A program made the translations under genes and the position numbers. Source: a virus (lineage: Duplodnaviria > Caudoviricetes). From it: 59,588 nt of DNA. Position 1 is the stretch's first letter. The number at the start of each line of letters is the position of its first letter. The notes under the pieces are model-generated. The model was not told where the DNA came from, searched no databases, and worked only from the letters and a program-made list of their open reading frames with translations. The DNA lies in the IMG/VR virus record IMGVR_UViG_3300022841_000019, positions 1 through 59,588 of that record; one strand, written 5' to 3'. Positions 1-10,699 of this stretch are shown one piece after another.

Positions 1-69
1 AAAGGAGAAATGGATTTCTTTGATTGGTGGTGGAATAGCATCCCTGTTTTTCAGTATTTAATATTATAT
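1..69 (+). CDS. 3' end of an upstream gene (partial)
   Basis: Open frame KGEMDFFDWWWNSIPVFQYLII* from base 1 to TAA at 67-69. Confidence 0.4.
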
Positions 70-74
70 AATTT

Positions 75-263
75 ATGAATTGTTTTAAAAACATAATTAC
101 AAATATTTTAGGTTTAATATTTTGGGGGTTTGCAATTAAAGATGCAAACTCCTTAGAGCCTTCTATAACTTTTATAACTTCATTGGTTGTAATTGGTGTA
201 GCTTTATTCCTGTTTAAAAATGAAACGTTAATCGATTTGATTAAAATAGCTGAAGTAACTTAA
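75..263 (+). CDS. small membrane protein (two hydrophobic segments)
   Basis: 62 aa ORF with two hydrophobic stretches. Confidence 0.5.
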   Translation: MNCFKNIITNILGLIFWGFAIKDANSLEPSITFITSLVVIGVALFLFKNETLIDLIKIAEVT

Positions 264-315
264 AAATAAAAAGTGTAACTATATTGTTATAAAACAATCA
301 AATTAAATAAAAATT

Positions 316-582
316 ATGAGTGATTTAAAAAAAATTACAAAAGAAGAACTGGAGTCAATTAAACAACAGCAGGCTAAGCTACAGATATCATTAATCGATA
401 TTGGATTTATTGAAACTAAAAAACACGAAGCAATAAGTGTTTATGTAGAAGCAACTAGAAATCTAGAAGAAACAAAAAGAGAGTTAGAAAATGTATACGG
501 TAAGGTTAATATTGATTTAACTGATGGAAGCTATACTTTTATAGAGGAAAAAGAATTGTTAAACAATCTAGAAAAAGTATAA
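316..582 (+). CDS. hypothetical coiled-coil phage protein
   Basis: 88 aa ORF, A-rich leader, coupled to the next gene (TAATG). Confidence 0.65.
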   Translation: MSDLKKITKEELESIKQQQAKLQISLIDIGFIETKKHEAISVYVEATRNLEETKRELENVYGKVNIDLTDGSYTFIEEKELLNNLEKV

Positions 583-809
583 TGAGCTCTATTATAAGGA
601 AAATAAGTATAGGGTCTGATTACAAAAACGATGCAATGCACTATGCTGTTGGTCAAAGTGTTTATGGAGGCCACATTATATCAGCTATTATACACGATGA
701 AGAGCCAAACTCTTACAGTATATATATTAAAAAAAATGACGAAGTAATGCCATGGAAAAAGTTTAACTCTAACATGGCAATAGCTGTTGAATACGATCTT
801 GAGTATTAA
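582..809 (+). CDS. hypothetical phage protein
   Basis: 75 aa, stop/start overlap on both sides. Confidence 0.65.
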   Translation: MSSIIRKISIGSDYKNDAMHYAVGQSVYGGHIISAIIHDEEPNSYSIYIKKNDEVMPWKKFNSNMAIAVEYDLEY

Positions 810-1414
810 TGAGAAGTCTGTATGATTTTATAGTTAAACCTGTAAAAAGTAGATATGAAAACGAGAAAGATATTAACGGTAAAAAACTAATACTTAATAC
901 GAGTATAGAAGAGTTTAAATTTATAAGTAAAGAAGCTATTGTAATATCAACACCGTTGGTTTATGATACGCCAATAAAACCTGGTGATAAAATAATTATA
1001 CATCACAATGTTTTTAGACGTTATTACAATCAAAAAGGCGAAGCGGTAGATAGTAGTAAGATGTTTGCTGAAAATTTATTTTTTTGTCAGCTAGACCAGG
1101 TTTATCTTTACAAAAAAGATAACGAATGGATTGCCTTAGGAGAAAGATGCTTTGTTTCTCCCGTTAAAAATTTAGATGAGTTGTCTTTAGATACTGAAAG
1201 AAAAGGCGTTGGTATAGTAAAGATTAGTAATAACTCGTTACGATCGCTTGGTGTAAAAAAAGGTTGTTTAGTTGGTTTTAAATCAGGTAGAGAATTCGAG
1301 TTTATTGTAAATGACAGTAAGCTGTATTGCATGGAATCAAATGATATTTTATTAAATTATGGATACGAGAGAAACGAAAAAGAACATAATAGCAGCTGGG
1401 CAAAAAGCAGTTGA
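809..1414 (+). CDS. tandem GroES-like (co-chaperonin fold) protein
   Basis: C-half ALGERCFVSP...GVKKGCLVGF...EFIVNDSKLYCMESNDIL matches the GroES pattern PLGDRVLV...VKVGDKVLF...EIKVDGEEYLIMRESDIL; N-half FIVKP...IKPGDKIII is a second degenerate copy. Confidence 0.6.
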   Translation: MRSLYDFIVKPVKSRYENEKDINGKKLILNTSIEEFKFISKEAIVISTPLVYDTPIKPGDKIIIHHNVFRRYYNQKGEAVDSSKMFAENLFFCQLDQVYLYKKDNEWIALGERCFVSPVKNLDELSLDTERKGVGIVKISNNSLRSLGVKKGCLVGFKSGREFEFIVNDSKLYCMESNDILLNYGYERNEKEHNSSWAKSS

Positions 1415-1634
1415 AGAGTTGATAAAAGTAGCTGAAGAAAAGATACTTGATTCAGGTGAGGATATTACCGCGGATAGGCTTAAAAACGCTGCTGCTACAA
1501 AAAAGCTAGCTATATTTGATGCTTTTGAAATACTTAACAGAATAGAATTGGAGAGCAATATCTTAGAGGATGGTTTAAAAGAATTTAAACAAGAAAAACC
1601 TTTTAAAGGCTTTGCTGAAGGAAGATCTAAATGA
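1359..1634 (+). CDS. putative terminase small subunit
   Basis: Helical 91 aa ORF overlapping the start of the large terminase; positional inference. Confidence 0.45.
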   Translation: MDTRETKKNIIAAGQKAVEELIKVAEEKILDSGEDITADRLKNAAATKKLAIFDAFEILNRIELESNILEDGLKEFKQEKPFKGFAEGRSK

Positions 1635-3859
1635 TATACCAACAAACACTAGTAAAAAAGCTAGAAAATTATATAAAACCAAATCTATTAGAAAAAAATA
1701 ATAGATACAAGAAATGGGCTAGAGGATACAACTCTGATATAGACGCTATAGTAATAAGTAATGACGGCACTATTGGCGAGGTTATAGAAATACAAAACCT
1801 TAAGATAGCTTTACCTTTAAAACCAAAAAAAGTTTACAAATGCTCTGATAGTAAAAAGGAGCAAAAGTGGGACAAGCTAGAGTGCCCTAAAGAATTAGAA
1901 AAAATAAAAAGTGTATTTGACTGGGATAGATGTACAAACCAATTTAAAGAAAAATGGTACGACTATATCGATAGCGAATTCAAAAAGAGAGAAGAGGGCT
2001 TTTGGTTTTACAACAATGGGGAGCCAACTTATATAACAGGAACACATTATATGTATCTTCAATGGTCTAAGATAGACGTTGGAGCTGCTGACTACAGGGA
2101 ATCTAATAGAGTATTTTATATATTCTGGGAAGCTTGCAAAGTTGATAATAGATGCTATGGAATGTGTTACCTCAAGAATAGACGATCCGGTTTTTCTTTT
2201 ATGGCTTCAGGTGAAGTGGTCAACCAAGCGACTATATCAAGTGACTCTAGGTTTGGTATATTATCAAAATCTGGAGGCGATGCAAAGAAAATGTTTACGG
2301 ATAAGGTTGTACCTATATCTATTAACTATCCTTTCTTTTTTAAACCTATACAGGATGGTATGGATAGACCTAAAACAGAGCTTGCTTATAGAATACCGGC
2401 ATCGAAACTAACTAGGAAAAAGTTCAATGAAGGGACTATGGACGAAGAAGTTGCTGGGCTAGATACCACTATTGACTGGAAAAACACAGGGGACAACTCT
2501 TACGATGGTGAAAAACTTAAGATGTTAGTACACGATGAAAGCGGTAAATGGGAGAGACCCGATAACATATTAAATAACTGGAGAGTTACTAAAACCTGTT
2601 TAAGATTAGGTAGCAGGATTGTTGGTAAATGCATGATGGGTTCAACATCTAACGCGTTAGACAAAGGTGGTAAGAATTTTAAAAAACTATATGAGTCTTC
2701 AAATGTCACAAACAGAAACCGCAATGGTCAAACTAGCTCGGGATTATATTCTTTGTTCATACCTATGGAATGGAACTACGAAGGATTCATTGATTCTCAT
2801 GGGCTACCTGTATTCGATAAACCAAAGAAAAACGTTATAGATGCGAGCGGTCAAGCTATAGAATACGGAGTTATAGAACATTGGGAGAATGAAGTTGATG
2901 GTTTAAAGAATGATCAAGATGGTTTAAATGAATACTATCGTCAGTTTCCCAGAACAGAAAAACACGCTTTTAGAGATGAAGCTAAATTATCTCTTTTTAA
3001 TCTAACTAAAATATATGAACAGATAGATTATAACGAAGATTTAGCAAACAGTAAAATGGTTACTAGAGGATCTTTTCAGTGGCAGAACGGAATAAGGGAT
3101 ACTTTAGTTCAGTTTGTTCCTAATAAAGATGGTAGATTTTTGATTAGTTGGGTTCCACCTGCTAATTTGCAGAATAGAGTTATAGTAAAAAACGGCGTTA
3201 AACACCCTGGAAACGAACACTTAGGTGCTTTTGGTTGTGATAGTTACGATATATCTGGAACAGTTGATAAAAGAGGTTCTAATGGCGCTTTAGCTGGTTT
3301 AACTAAGTACAGTATGGATGAAGCTCCTGTTAATATGTTTTTTTTAGAGTATATAGCTAGGCCTCAAACTGCAGAGATATTTTTTGAAGAAGTTTTGATG
3401 GCTTGTGTATTCTACGGTATGCCTATACTTTGCGAGAATAATAAACCTAGGTTATTATATCATTTTAAACGAAGAGGTTATAGAGGTTTCTCTATGAACA
3501 GACCTGATAAAATTTGGAGCAACTTATCAGTTACAGAAAAAGAAATAGGTGGTATACCTAACTCTAGTGAAGATGTAAAACAAGCACACGCTTCCGCTAT
3601 TGAATCTTACATTAATGATTTTGTGGGAGCAACAGAAAGAGGTTATGGAAATATGTATTTTCAAGAAACCTTAGAAGATTGGTCTAGATTTGATATAAAC
3701 AATAGAACAAAGTTTGATGCTACTATAAGCTCAGGATTAGCTATAATGGCTTGTAACAAAAACAGATATACACCAGTTTTTAAACAAGATAAAACACCGG
3801 TTTCAATATCTTTTGGTAGATATAACAATTCAGGTAATACCTCAAAAATAATAACATAA
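1631..3859 (+). CDS. terL: terminase large subunit
   Basis: Walker A-like KNRRSGFS, Walker B LVHDESGKW, coupling motif GST, nuclease motif FGCDSYD and a later D. Confidence 0.9.
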   Translation: MIYQQTLVKKLENYIKPNLLEKNNRYKKWARGYNSDIDAIVISNDGTIGEVIEIQNLKIALPLKPKKVYKCSDSKKEQKWDKLECPKELEKIKSVFDWDRCTNQFKEKWYDYIDSEFKKREEGFWFYNNGEPTYITGTHYMYLQWSKIDVGAADYRESNRVFYIFWEACKVDNRCYGMCYLKNRRSGFSFMASGEVVNQATISSDSRFGILSKSGGDAKKMFTDKVVPISINYPFFFKPIQDGMDRPKTELAYRIPASKLTRKKFNEGTMDEEVAGLDTTIDWKNTGDNSYDGEKLKMLVHDESGKWERPDNILNNWRVTKTCLRLGSRIVGKCMMGSTSNALDKGGKNFKKLYESSNVTNRNRNGQTSSGLYSLFIPMEWNYEGFIDSHGLPVFDKPKKNVIDASGQAIEYGVIEHWENEVDGLKNDQDGLNEYYRQFPRTEKHAFRDEAKLSLFNLTKIYEQIDYNEDLANSKMVTRGSFQWQNGIRDTLVQFVPNKDGRFLISWVPPANLQNRVIVKNGVKHPGNEHLGAFGCDSYDISGTVDKRGSNGALAGLTKYSMDEAPVNMFFLEYIARPQTAEIFFEEVLMACVFYGMPILCENNKPRLLYHFKRRGYRGFSMNRPDKIWSNLSVTEKEIGGIPNSSEDVKQAHASAIESYINDFVGATERGYGNMYFQETLEDWSRFDINNRTKFDATISSGLAIMACNKNRYTPVFKQDKTPVSISFGRYNNSGNTSKIIT

Positions 3860-6277
3860 ATGATTTACAAAACTGTAAATAGTACATTTCCAAGTCAGGT
3901 AGTACCCGATTCAGAGAAGCAAAGCTACGAATACGGAAGAGCTGTTGGTAATGGTATAGAAAACGAATGGTTCCGCGGTGATCGTGGAGCTGGTTCAGGA
4001 GGAAGGTTTGGTAGCAACTGGCAGAGCTTTCATAGACTAAGGTTATATGCAAGAGGAGAACAATCTGTACAAAAATACAAAGACGAGTTATCTGTTAACG
4101 GGGATTTATCTTACCTTAATTTAGATTGGCAGCCGGTTGCTGTTTTATCTAAGTTCGTAGATATCGTTATTAACGGTATGACTGATAAAGGTTATAAAAT
4201 AAAATCGTTCGCTACAGATCCTTACGCTTTAAAAGCTAGAACTGATTACGCTGCAAATGTGTTAAGAGACATGAACGCTAGAGAGCTTATTGAGGAATTT
4301 AAGCAAACTTTAGGAGTTGATTTATATAGTACAAATGATCCATCCAATTTACCTCAATCAAGAGATGAACTAGATTTATATATACAATTAAATTACAAGC
4401 AAAGCATTGAAATAGCTGAAGAAGAAGTTATTGACAACGTGTTAGAATTTAATAGATACGAAGAGACAAAAAAAAGATTAGCACAAGATTTAACTATATT
4501 GGGTATTGCTTGCGTTAAAACAGGTTTCAATTTATCAGAAGGTGTTACCGTTAGTTATGTGGACCCAGCTAATTTAGTTTACTCTTACACCGAAGACCCT
4601 AATTTTGAAGACATATATTATGTAGGCGAAGTCAAAGGGGTTTCTTTGTCTGAGCTTAAGAAACAGTTTTCTCACTTAACTAATGAAGAGCTAGAGGAAA
4701 TACAAAAATATCCAGGCTCACAGAATAATATTAGACAACAAGGAAATCAAGATGGTAACTATGATACGGTACAGGTTTTATATTTTGAATACAAAACTTA
4801 CACAAATCAAGTATTTAAAATAAAGCAAACAGAATACGGGTTAGAGAAAGCAATAGAAAAGAATGATGGTTTTGATCCACCGGTTAATGATAACTTTAGT
4901 AAAGTTTCTAGATCTATAGAAGTTATTTATAGTGGAGCTAAGATATTAGGCCACGATAAAATGTTAAAGTGGGAGCTGGCTGAAAACATGACTAGACCGT
5001 ATAGTGATCAAACTAAAGTAGAAATGAATTACGCTATATCTGCTCCTAGAATGTATAAAGGCAGAATAGATAGTTTAGTTAGTAAATGTATTGGTTTCGC
5101 TGATATGATTCAAATAACACATCTTAAAATACAACAGGTATTATCTAAAATGGTTCCTGACGGTATATTTATAGACGTAGATGGTTTAGCTGAGGTAGAC
5201 TTAGGTAATGGAACTTCTTACAACCCTCAAGAAGCTTTAAATATGTACTTTCAAACAGGTAGTATAGTTGGTAGATCTTTAACGCAAGATGGTGATCCTA
5301 ACAGAGGTAAAATACCAATCCAAGAGCTACAGTCGTCTTCAGGTATAAATAAAATACAAGCGCTAATACAGACTTATCAATACTATTTACAAATGATAAG
5401 AGATGTCACGGGATTGAACGAAGCTCGAGATGGTAGCATGCCTGCAAAAGATTCTTTAGTTGGTTTACAAAAGCTAGCGGCAGCTAATTCAAACGTAGCT
5501 ACAAAACATATACTACAGTCATTAATGTACGTTACCATTAGAACGTGTGAAAATATAAGTTTAAGGGTTGCTGATATGTTAGATTTCCCTCTAACTAAAA
5601 ACGCGTTAATGAATAGTATCAATGCAGTTAACACTGCTAGTTTAGAAGAAATATCTAAATTAAACATGCACGAGTTTGGTATATTTTTAGAACTAGAACC
5701 AGACGAAGAAGAGAAAGCTCAGTTAGAAAGAAATATTCAAATAGCTTTACAGACTCAGAGTATTGATCTAAGCGACGCTATAGACATCAGAGAAATAAGG
5801 AATTTAAAGTTAGCAAACCAATTTCTAAAACATAGGCAAAAAATAAAGAAAGAAGAAGTTAGAAAAGCTCAACTAGAAAATATTCAAGCTCAAGCTCAAG
5901 CAAACTCAGAGACAGCTGAAAGAGCGGCTCTGGCAGAAGTGCAGAAACAGCAGGCTTTAGCTCAAACAGAATTACAAATAGAGCAAGGAAAGTCTCAGTT
6001 CAGAGTACAGCAGATGCAGCAGGAGGCAGAAATAAAGAAACAATTAATGGCAGAGGAGTTTAATTACAACATGCAATTAGCTCAGATAAGAGCAAATGCT
6101 GAGTATGGAAAAGAAAAAGAAAAAGAAGACCGTAAAGATCAAAGAACAAAAATACAAGCAACTCAACAATCAGAGTTGATCGATCAAAGGAAAAAGGACT
6201 CTGTACCAAAAAACTTTGAATCATCTAGTAATGATGTACTAGGTGGTTTTGGTCTAGGAGGTTTTGAACCTAGATAA
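3860..6277 (+). CDS. portal protein
   Basis: 805 aa directly after TerL, Q/E-rich coiled-coil C-terminus typical of podovirus portals. Confidence 0.8.
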   Translation: MIYKTVNSTFPSQVVPDSEKQSYEYGRAVGNGIENEWFRGDRGAGSGGRFGSNWQSFHRLRLYARGEQSVQKYKDELSVNGDLSYLNLDWQPVAVLSKFVDIVINGMTDKGYKIKSFATDPYALKARTDYAANVLRDMNARELIEEFKQTLGVDLYSTNDPSNLPQSRDELDLYIQLNYKQSIEIAEEEVIDNVLEFNRYEETKKRLAQDLTILGIACVKTGFNLSEGVTVSYVDPANLVYSYTEDPNFEDIYYVGEVKGVSLSELKKQFSHLTNEELEEIQKYPGSQNNIRQQGNQDGNYDTVQVLYFEYKTYTNQVFKIKQTEYGLEKAIEKNDGFDPPVNDNFSKVSRSIEVIYSGAKILGHDKMLKWELAENMTRPYSDQTKVEMNYAISAPRMYKGRIDSLVSKCIGFADMIQITHLKIQQVLSKMVPDGIFIDVDGLAEVDLGNGTSYNPQEALNMYFQTGSIVGRSLTQDGDPNRGKIPIQELQSSSGINKIQALIQTYQYYLQMIRDVTGLNEARDGSMPAKDSLVGLQKLAAANSNVATKHILQSLMYVTIRTCENISLRVADMLDFPLTKNALMNSINAVNTASLEEISKLNMHEFGIFLELEPDEEEKAQLERNIQIALQTQSIDLSDAIDIREIRNLKLANQFLKHRQKIKKEEVRKAQLENIQAQAQANSETAERAALAEVQKQQALAQTELQIEQGKSQFRVQQMQQEAEIKKQLMAEEFNYNMQLAQIRANAEYGKEKEKEDRKDQRTKIQATQQSELIDQRKKDSVPKNFESSSNDVLGGFGLGGFEPR

Positions 6278-6305
6278 AATTTTAACTATTTAATTATATT
6301 ATATT

Positions 6306-7466
6306 ATGGAAGTAAAGCAAGAAGGAGATTTCAAAATGAAATCAAAACCAAGAACGCCAAAAAAACTAAACAAGCCTAACGAAATAGCTGAGGTTAAAAT
6401 AAATAACGTAGCTGAAGAAAGTCAAGGTATTGTAGTGCCAGAGGTGACTCAGATTGTAATAAAAAAAGAAGACGCTAGTGTTATACAAGAACAAAAAGTA
6501 GAGCCATTAAGTCTAAAAGAAGAAGAGGAAGTTTTTCCTGACGTTAGCGATGTAGAGCAAGTAATGCAAGAGATTACAGAGCAAGAATCTGTATCTACAA
6601 TTAAAGAGCTACAGCCAGTTATTGCTGAAGACAAACCAATTGGGAAACCTTTACCGGAAAACATAGAAAAATTAGTTTCTTTCATGCAAGATACCGGGGG
6701 CACTTTAGAAGACTACGTTAGATTGAATTCTGATTACTCTAACGTAAATGAAGAAACTCTTTTGAGAGAGTATTACAAAAAAACAAAACCTCACTTAGAT
6801 GCTGAGGATATAGATATCATCTTAGAGGATTTTTCATATGACGAAGACTTGGACGATGACAGAGAAATACGCAAAACAAAAATTGCGTTAAAAGAGGAAG
6901 TTGCAAAAGCAAAAAGTTTTTTAGAGCAAACAAAGAGTAAATACTACGACGAGATCAAGTTGAGACCAGGCGTAACTCAAGAGCAACAAAAAGCGGTTGA
7001 CTTTTTCAATAGACACAACGAAAATCAAGTAGAAGCAGAACAGAAGCACGGAGAGTTTTTAAGTAAAACTAAACAAATGTTTAACAACGATTTCAAAGGT
7101 TTTGATTTCAACGTTGGTGAAAAAAAGTTTAGGTATAATGTTAAAAACCCAAACGAGGTAGCCGAAGCGCAATCTGACATCTCAAACTTTATAGGAAAGT
7201 TCCTTGACAAAAGTGGAGGAGTATCAGATCACGTAGGTTATCATAAAGCTTTGTATGCTGCTAGAAACGCAGACACTATGGCTCAGCATTTTTATGAGCA
7301 AGGTAAAGCAGATGCCATTAAAGAGGTAGTAGCTAAATCAAAAAACATAACCACAGAACCAAGGCAGACGTCAGCAGGTAATGTATTTGTTAATGGTTTA
7401 CAGGTTAAAGCTATTAGTGGTCTTGATTCTTCAAAACTTAAAATTAAAACAAAAAAATTTAACTAA
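6306..7466 (+). CDS. putative capsid scaffolding protein
   Basis: Acidic low-complexity N-terminus, helical, located between portal and MCP. Confidence 0.55.
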   Translation: MEVKQEGDFKMKSKPRTPKKLNKPNEIAEVKINNVAEESQGIVVPEVTQIVIKKEDASVIQEQKVEPLSLKEEEEVFPDVSDVEQVMQEITEQESVSTIKELQPVIAEDKPIGKPLPENIEKLVSFMQDTGGTLEDYVRLNSDYSNVNEETLLREYYKKTKPHLDAEDIDIILEDFSYDEDLDDDREIRKTKIALKEEVAKAKSFLEQTKSKYYDEIKLRPGVTQEQQKAVDFFNRHNENQVEAEQKHGEFLSKTKQMFNNDFKGFDFNVGEKKFRYNVKNPNEVAEAQSDISNFIGKFLDKSGGVSDHVGYHKALYAARNADTMAQHFYEQGKADAIKEVVAKSKNITTEPRQTSAGNVFVNGLQVKAISGLDSSKLKIKTKKFN

Positions 7467-7478
7467 AACAAAAAAATT

Positions 7479-8945
7479 ATGGCAATAAGTCCTGCATACG
7501 GTTCAATTAAACCGTCTCAAGCTCAACAAACATTAGTTGACAATTATTTATCATTTGACTCTGCTTCAGGCGGAGGAACTTTCGCACAACAGTATCTACC
7601 TGAGATCTATGAACAAGAAATAGAGCGCTATGGAAACAGAACTTTATCTGGATTCTTACGTATGGTTGGAGCTGAAATGCCTATGACTTCAGATCAAATT
7701 ATCTGGTCAGAGCAAAATAGATTACACGTGTCTTACGATGATGTAACTGTAACTGATGGAGATACTTTAACAATCAACAACATTAGCGCTACACCTGGTG
7801 CTGGTTTTGTTCAAAACGTAGTATCTAAAAATCAAACTTTAGTTGTTATCAACCCTGTCACTGGGAAAGAAGCTAAGGTTATTGTGAAAGCACAACCTGC
7901 AAATGGATCTGCATCTACTATTGATGTTGCTACTTATGGTTCTGCTAGTTTAACAGTTGCTAACGGAGCTGGAAACCCTGCGCCTTTTATCGCGGGTGAC
8001 GCAGTTAAGATCTTCGTTTATGGATCTGAATATGCTAAAGGTTCTCAAACTCCAAATAGCGAGTATACTAGTATCGAGCCTTCTTTCACTCAATACTCTA
8101 ATTCACCAATCATAATTAGAAACAAGTACACTGTATCTGGATCTGACATGGCTCAAATTGGTTGGGTTAATGTTGGGACTGAAGACGGAACTGGTGGATA
8201 TTTGTGGTATTTAAAAGCTGAGTCTGAAACTAGACTACGTTTTGAAGACTACTTAGAAATGTCTGTAGTTGAGGCTAAAAAAGTAGTTGCTGCTGATGGT
8301 GTTAGCGGTTATAACGCAAATCTATCTGGTACTCAAGGTTTATTTGAAGCTATTGAAGATAGAGGTAATGTTCAAACTGGATTTACAGCTGCTACTGGGT
8401 TAGGTGATTTTGACGCTATTTTGAAAAACTTAGATACTCAAGGGGCTATTGAAGAGAACATGTTATTCTTAAACAGACAAACATCTTTAGATTTTGACGA
8501 TATGTTATCTGAAGTTTCTTCTGGAGCTGCTGGAGGTACTGGTTATGGTTTATTTGAAAACTCTGAAGATATGGCTTTGAACTTAGGTTTCTCTGGATTC
8601 AGAAGAGGTTCTTATGATTTCTATAAAACTGACTGGAAATACTTAAATGATGCTTCTACAAGAGGTGGTTTAGATTATACAATCCAAGGTATTGAAGGAG
8701 TATTAATTCCTGCTGGAACTTCAACTGTATATGATCAAATCTTAGGAACTAACATTAGACGTCCTTTCTTACATGTTCGTTATAGAGCTTCTCAAGCTGA
8801 CGACCGTAAAATGAAGTCTTGGTTAACTGGTTCTGCTGGTGGAGCAATGACATCTGATTTAGATGCTATGGAGGTTAACTTCTTATCTGAAAGATGTTTA
8901 TGTGTACAAGGAGCAAACAACTTTGTTATCTTTAAAGGAGCATAG
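7479..8945 (+). CDS. major capsid protein
   Basis: 488 aa, strongly biased codon usage (GCT/TCT/ACT), followed by a terminator, position after the scaffold. Confidence 0.8.
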   Translation: MAISPAYGSIKPSQAQQTLVDNYLSFDSASGGGTFAQQYLPEIYEQEIERYGNRTLSGFLRMVGAEMPMTSDQIIWSEQNRLHVSYDDVTVTDGDTLTINNISATPGAGFVQNVVSKNQTLVVINPVTGKEAKVIVKAQPANGSASTIDVATYGSASLTVANGAGNPAPFIAGDAVKIFVYGSEYAKGSQTPNSEYTSIEPSFTQYSNSPIIIRNKYTVSGSDMAQIGWVNVGTEDGTGGYLWYLKAESETRLRFEDYLEMSVVEAKKVVAADGVSGYNANLSGTQGLFEAIEDRGNVQTGFTAATGLGDFDAILKNLDTQGAIEENMLFLNRQTSLDFDDMLSEVSSGAAGGTGYGLFENSEDMALNLGFSGFRRGSYDFYKTDWKYLNDASTRGGLDYTIQGIEGVLIPAGTSTVYDQILGTNIRRPFLHVRYRASQADDRKMKSWLTGSAGGAMTSDLDAMEVNFLSERCLCVQGANNFVIFKGA

Positions 8946-8956
8946 TAATTACAAGT

Positions 8957-9003
8957 GTGATAGTTACCCTCGTTAAATTTACGGGGGTAATTGTTACTCT
9001 TAT
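8957..9003 (+). terminator. intrinsic terminator after MCP
   Basis: GTGATAGTTACCCTCGT-TAAATTT-ACGGGGGTAATTGTTAC hairpin (G-U pairs on +) followed by TCTTTA. Confidence 0.75.
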
Positions 9004-9033
9004 TATTTTATAAATTTTTAATCTTATTATATC

Positions 9034-9867
9034 ATGGCTAAACAAGTCTTAGCAAAAACAACTGAGGTTGCGCCTCAAGAAGAGAGTATAAAGCAAGTAA
9101 CTTTAAAAGAAATAAAACAACCAATCGTACCAAGTTGGGAAATTAAAGATAGAACTTATTTTTTACTAGGTGGTAAATCACCGTTAACACATACAATACC
9201 TTCTAAGCATACTAGAAAATATTCTTTATTATGGTTCGACAGCGAGACTAACGAACAAGAAGAGTTAAGGTATGCAACAAATCAAACATCGCCATTAGTT
9301 AGTAAACAAAAAGGCGAAGTTACACTTGGACACATTATGTTCAAAAACGGAACTTTATCTGTTCCTAAAGAAAAACAAAACTTACAAAAGTTATTATCAA
9401 TGTACCATCCTTTAAAAGAAAAAGTTTATGAGGAATTTAGTGCAATTGAGGTAGCTATTGATGAACTAGATGCTTTAGAATTACAATTAGACGCTTTAAA
9501 TGCAGCTAGAGAAATGGAATTAGATCAAGCTGAAGCAATATTACGCGTAGAGGTTGGCTCTAGGGTATCTAATATGAGTTCTAAAGAGCTTAAAAGAGAT
9601 TTATTGTTGTTTGCTAAGAGAAACCCTATTTTGTTCTTAGAGCTAGCTAATGACGATAATGTACAGTTAAGAAACATTGCTGTTCGAGCGGTTGAAGATA
9701 GGATTATACTTTTATCTCAAGACCAAAGAACTTTTACTTGGGCGTCTACGGGTCGTAAATTAATGAATGTACCTTTTGATGAAAACCCTTACTCTGCAAT
9801 GGCAGCATTCTTTAAGACTGACGAAGGTATTGAAATCTTCAAGTCTGTAGAGAAAAAATTAAAATAG
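9034..9867 (+). CDS. virion structural/assembly protein
   Basis: 277 aa in the head-tail block. Confidence 0.6.
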   Translation: MAKQVLAKTTEVAPQEESIKQVTLKEIKQPIVPSWEIKDRTYFLLGGKSPLTHTIPSKHTRKYSLLWFDSETNEQEELRYATNQTSPLVSKQKGEVTLGHIMFKNGTLSVPKEKQNLQKLLSMYHPLKEKVYEEFSAIEVAIDELDALELQLDALNAAREMELDQAEAILRVEVGSRVSNMSSKELKRDLLLFAKRNPILFLELANDDNVQLRNIAVRAVEDRIILLSQDQRTFTWASTGRKLMNVPFDENPYSAMAAFFKTDEGIEIFKSVEKKLK

Positions 9868-9879
9868 TGTGTGATAATT

Positions 9880-9918
9880 ATGTAATAAGGAGGTTGCTTT
9901 GTGTGACCTCCATTACAT
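9880..9918 (+). promoter_or_regulatory. intergenic RNA hairpin (processing/attenuation?)
   Basis: ATGTAAT-AA-GGAGGTTGC-TTTGT-GTGACCTCC-ATTACAT; no U-tract. Confidence 0.5.
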
Positions 9919-9934
9919 TATAATAAAAATAGTA

Positions 9935-10696
9935 ATGGCAATAAACGTAGATACAGTATATAAAACAGTTCTGTTGATATTAAATAAAGAACAACGGGGC
10001 TTAATGACTCCGGATGAATTTAATAAAACAGCTACTCAAGTGCAGCTCGATATATTTGAGCAGTATTTTGAAGATATAAACCAGCAACTACGGGTGCCAC
10101 AATCAGATTACGACTACTCTGATAGACAGATGAGTATCGATGAAAAAATATCACCTTTTAAGACAGAGGGTAATTGCGTTTATTCTTCTGGTAAATTTAA
10201 TCTACCAGTAATAGATATTAGTGGTAATGTAGTTATCAATTCAGGGTCAGAACCATTAACAGGGCAAGTTGCTTTTTACAAGTTAGGAGCTGTTGTGTAT
10301 TCTCCGGTAATTGGTTTTCCTACAGAAATACAAATATTACAACGTAATGATTTTTACAATATAGAAAGATCGCCATTAACGGCATCTACAAAAGATTTCC
10401 CTACGTTTTTATACGAGGGTAATAAGCTGACAGTAAGACCGGTTAGTATAACTTCAAGCGTTTCAGCTAGTTTCTTAAGGAAACCTAAAAACGTTTTATG
10501 GTCATATACCATTGGTACCGTTGGGCAGTATTTATACAATAGCTCAGCTTCGGAACAGTTTGAACTAAATGCTTCAGAACAAGTTAATGTTATACTTAGA
10601 GTGTTACTATACTCAGGCGTTATAGTTAAGGACCCTCAAATAATTCAAGTTGCTGCTTCGGAAATTCAACAAAACGAACAAAATAAAAAAAGCTAA
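9935..10696 (+). CDS. tail ring/adaptor (tail tubular-like) protein
   Basis: Start MAINVD preferred over upstream TTG, which lies in the hairpin; position in the podovirus tail block. Confidence 0.55.
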   Translation: MAINVDTVYKTVLLILNKEQRGLMTPDEFNKTATQVQLDIFEQYFEDINQQLRVPQSDYDYSDRQMSIDEKISPFKTEGNCVYSSGKFNLPVIDISGNVVINSGSEPLTGQVAFYKLGAVVYSPVIGFPTEIQILQRNDFYNIERSPLTASTKDFPTFLYEGNKLTVRPVSITSSVSASFLRKPKNVLWSYTIGTVGQYLYNSSASEQFELNASEQVNVILRVLLYSGVIVKDPQIIQVAASEIQQNEQNKKS

Positions 10697-10699
10697 TAA

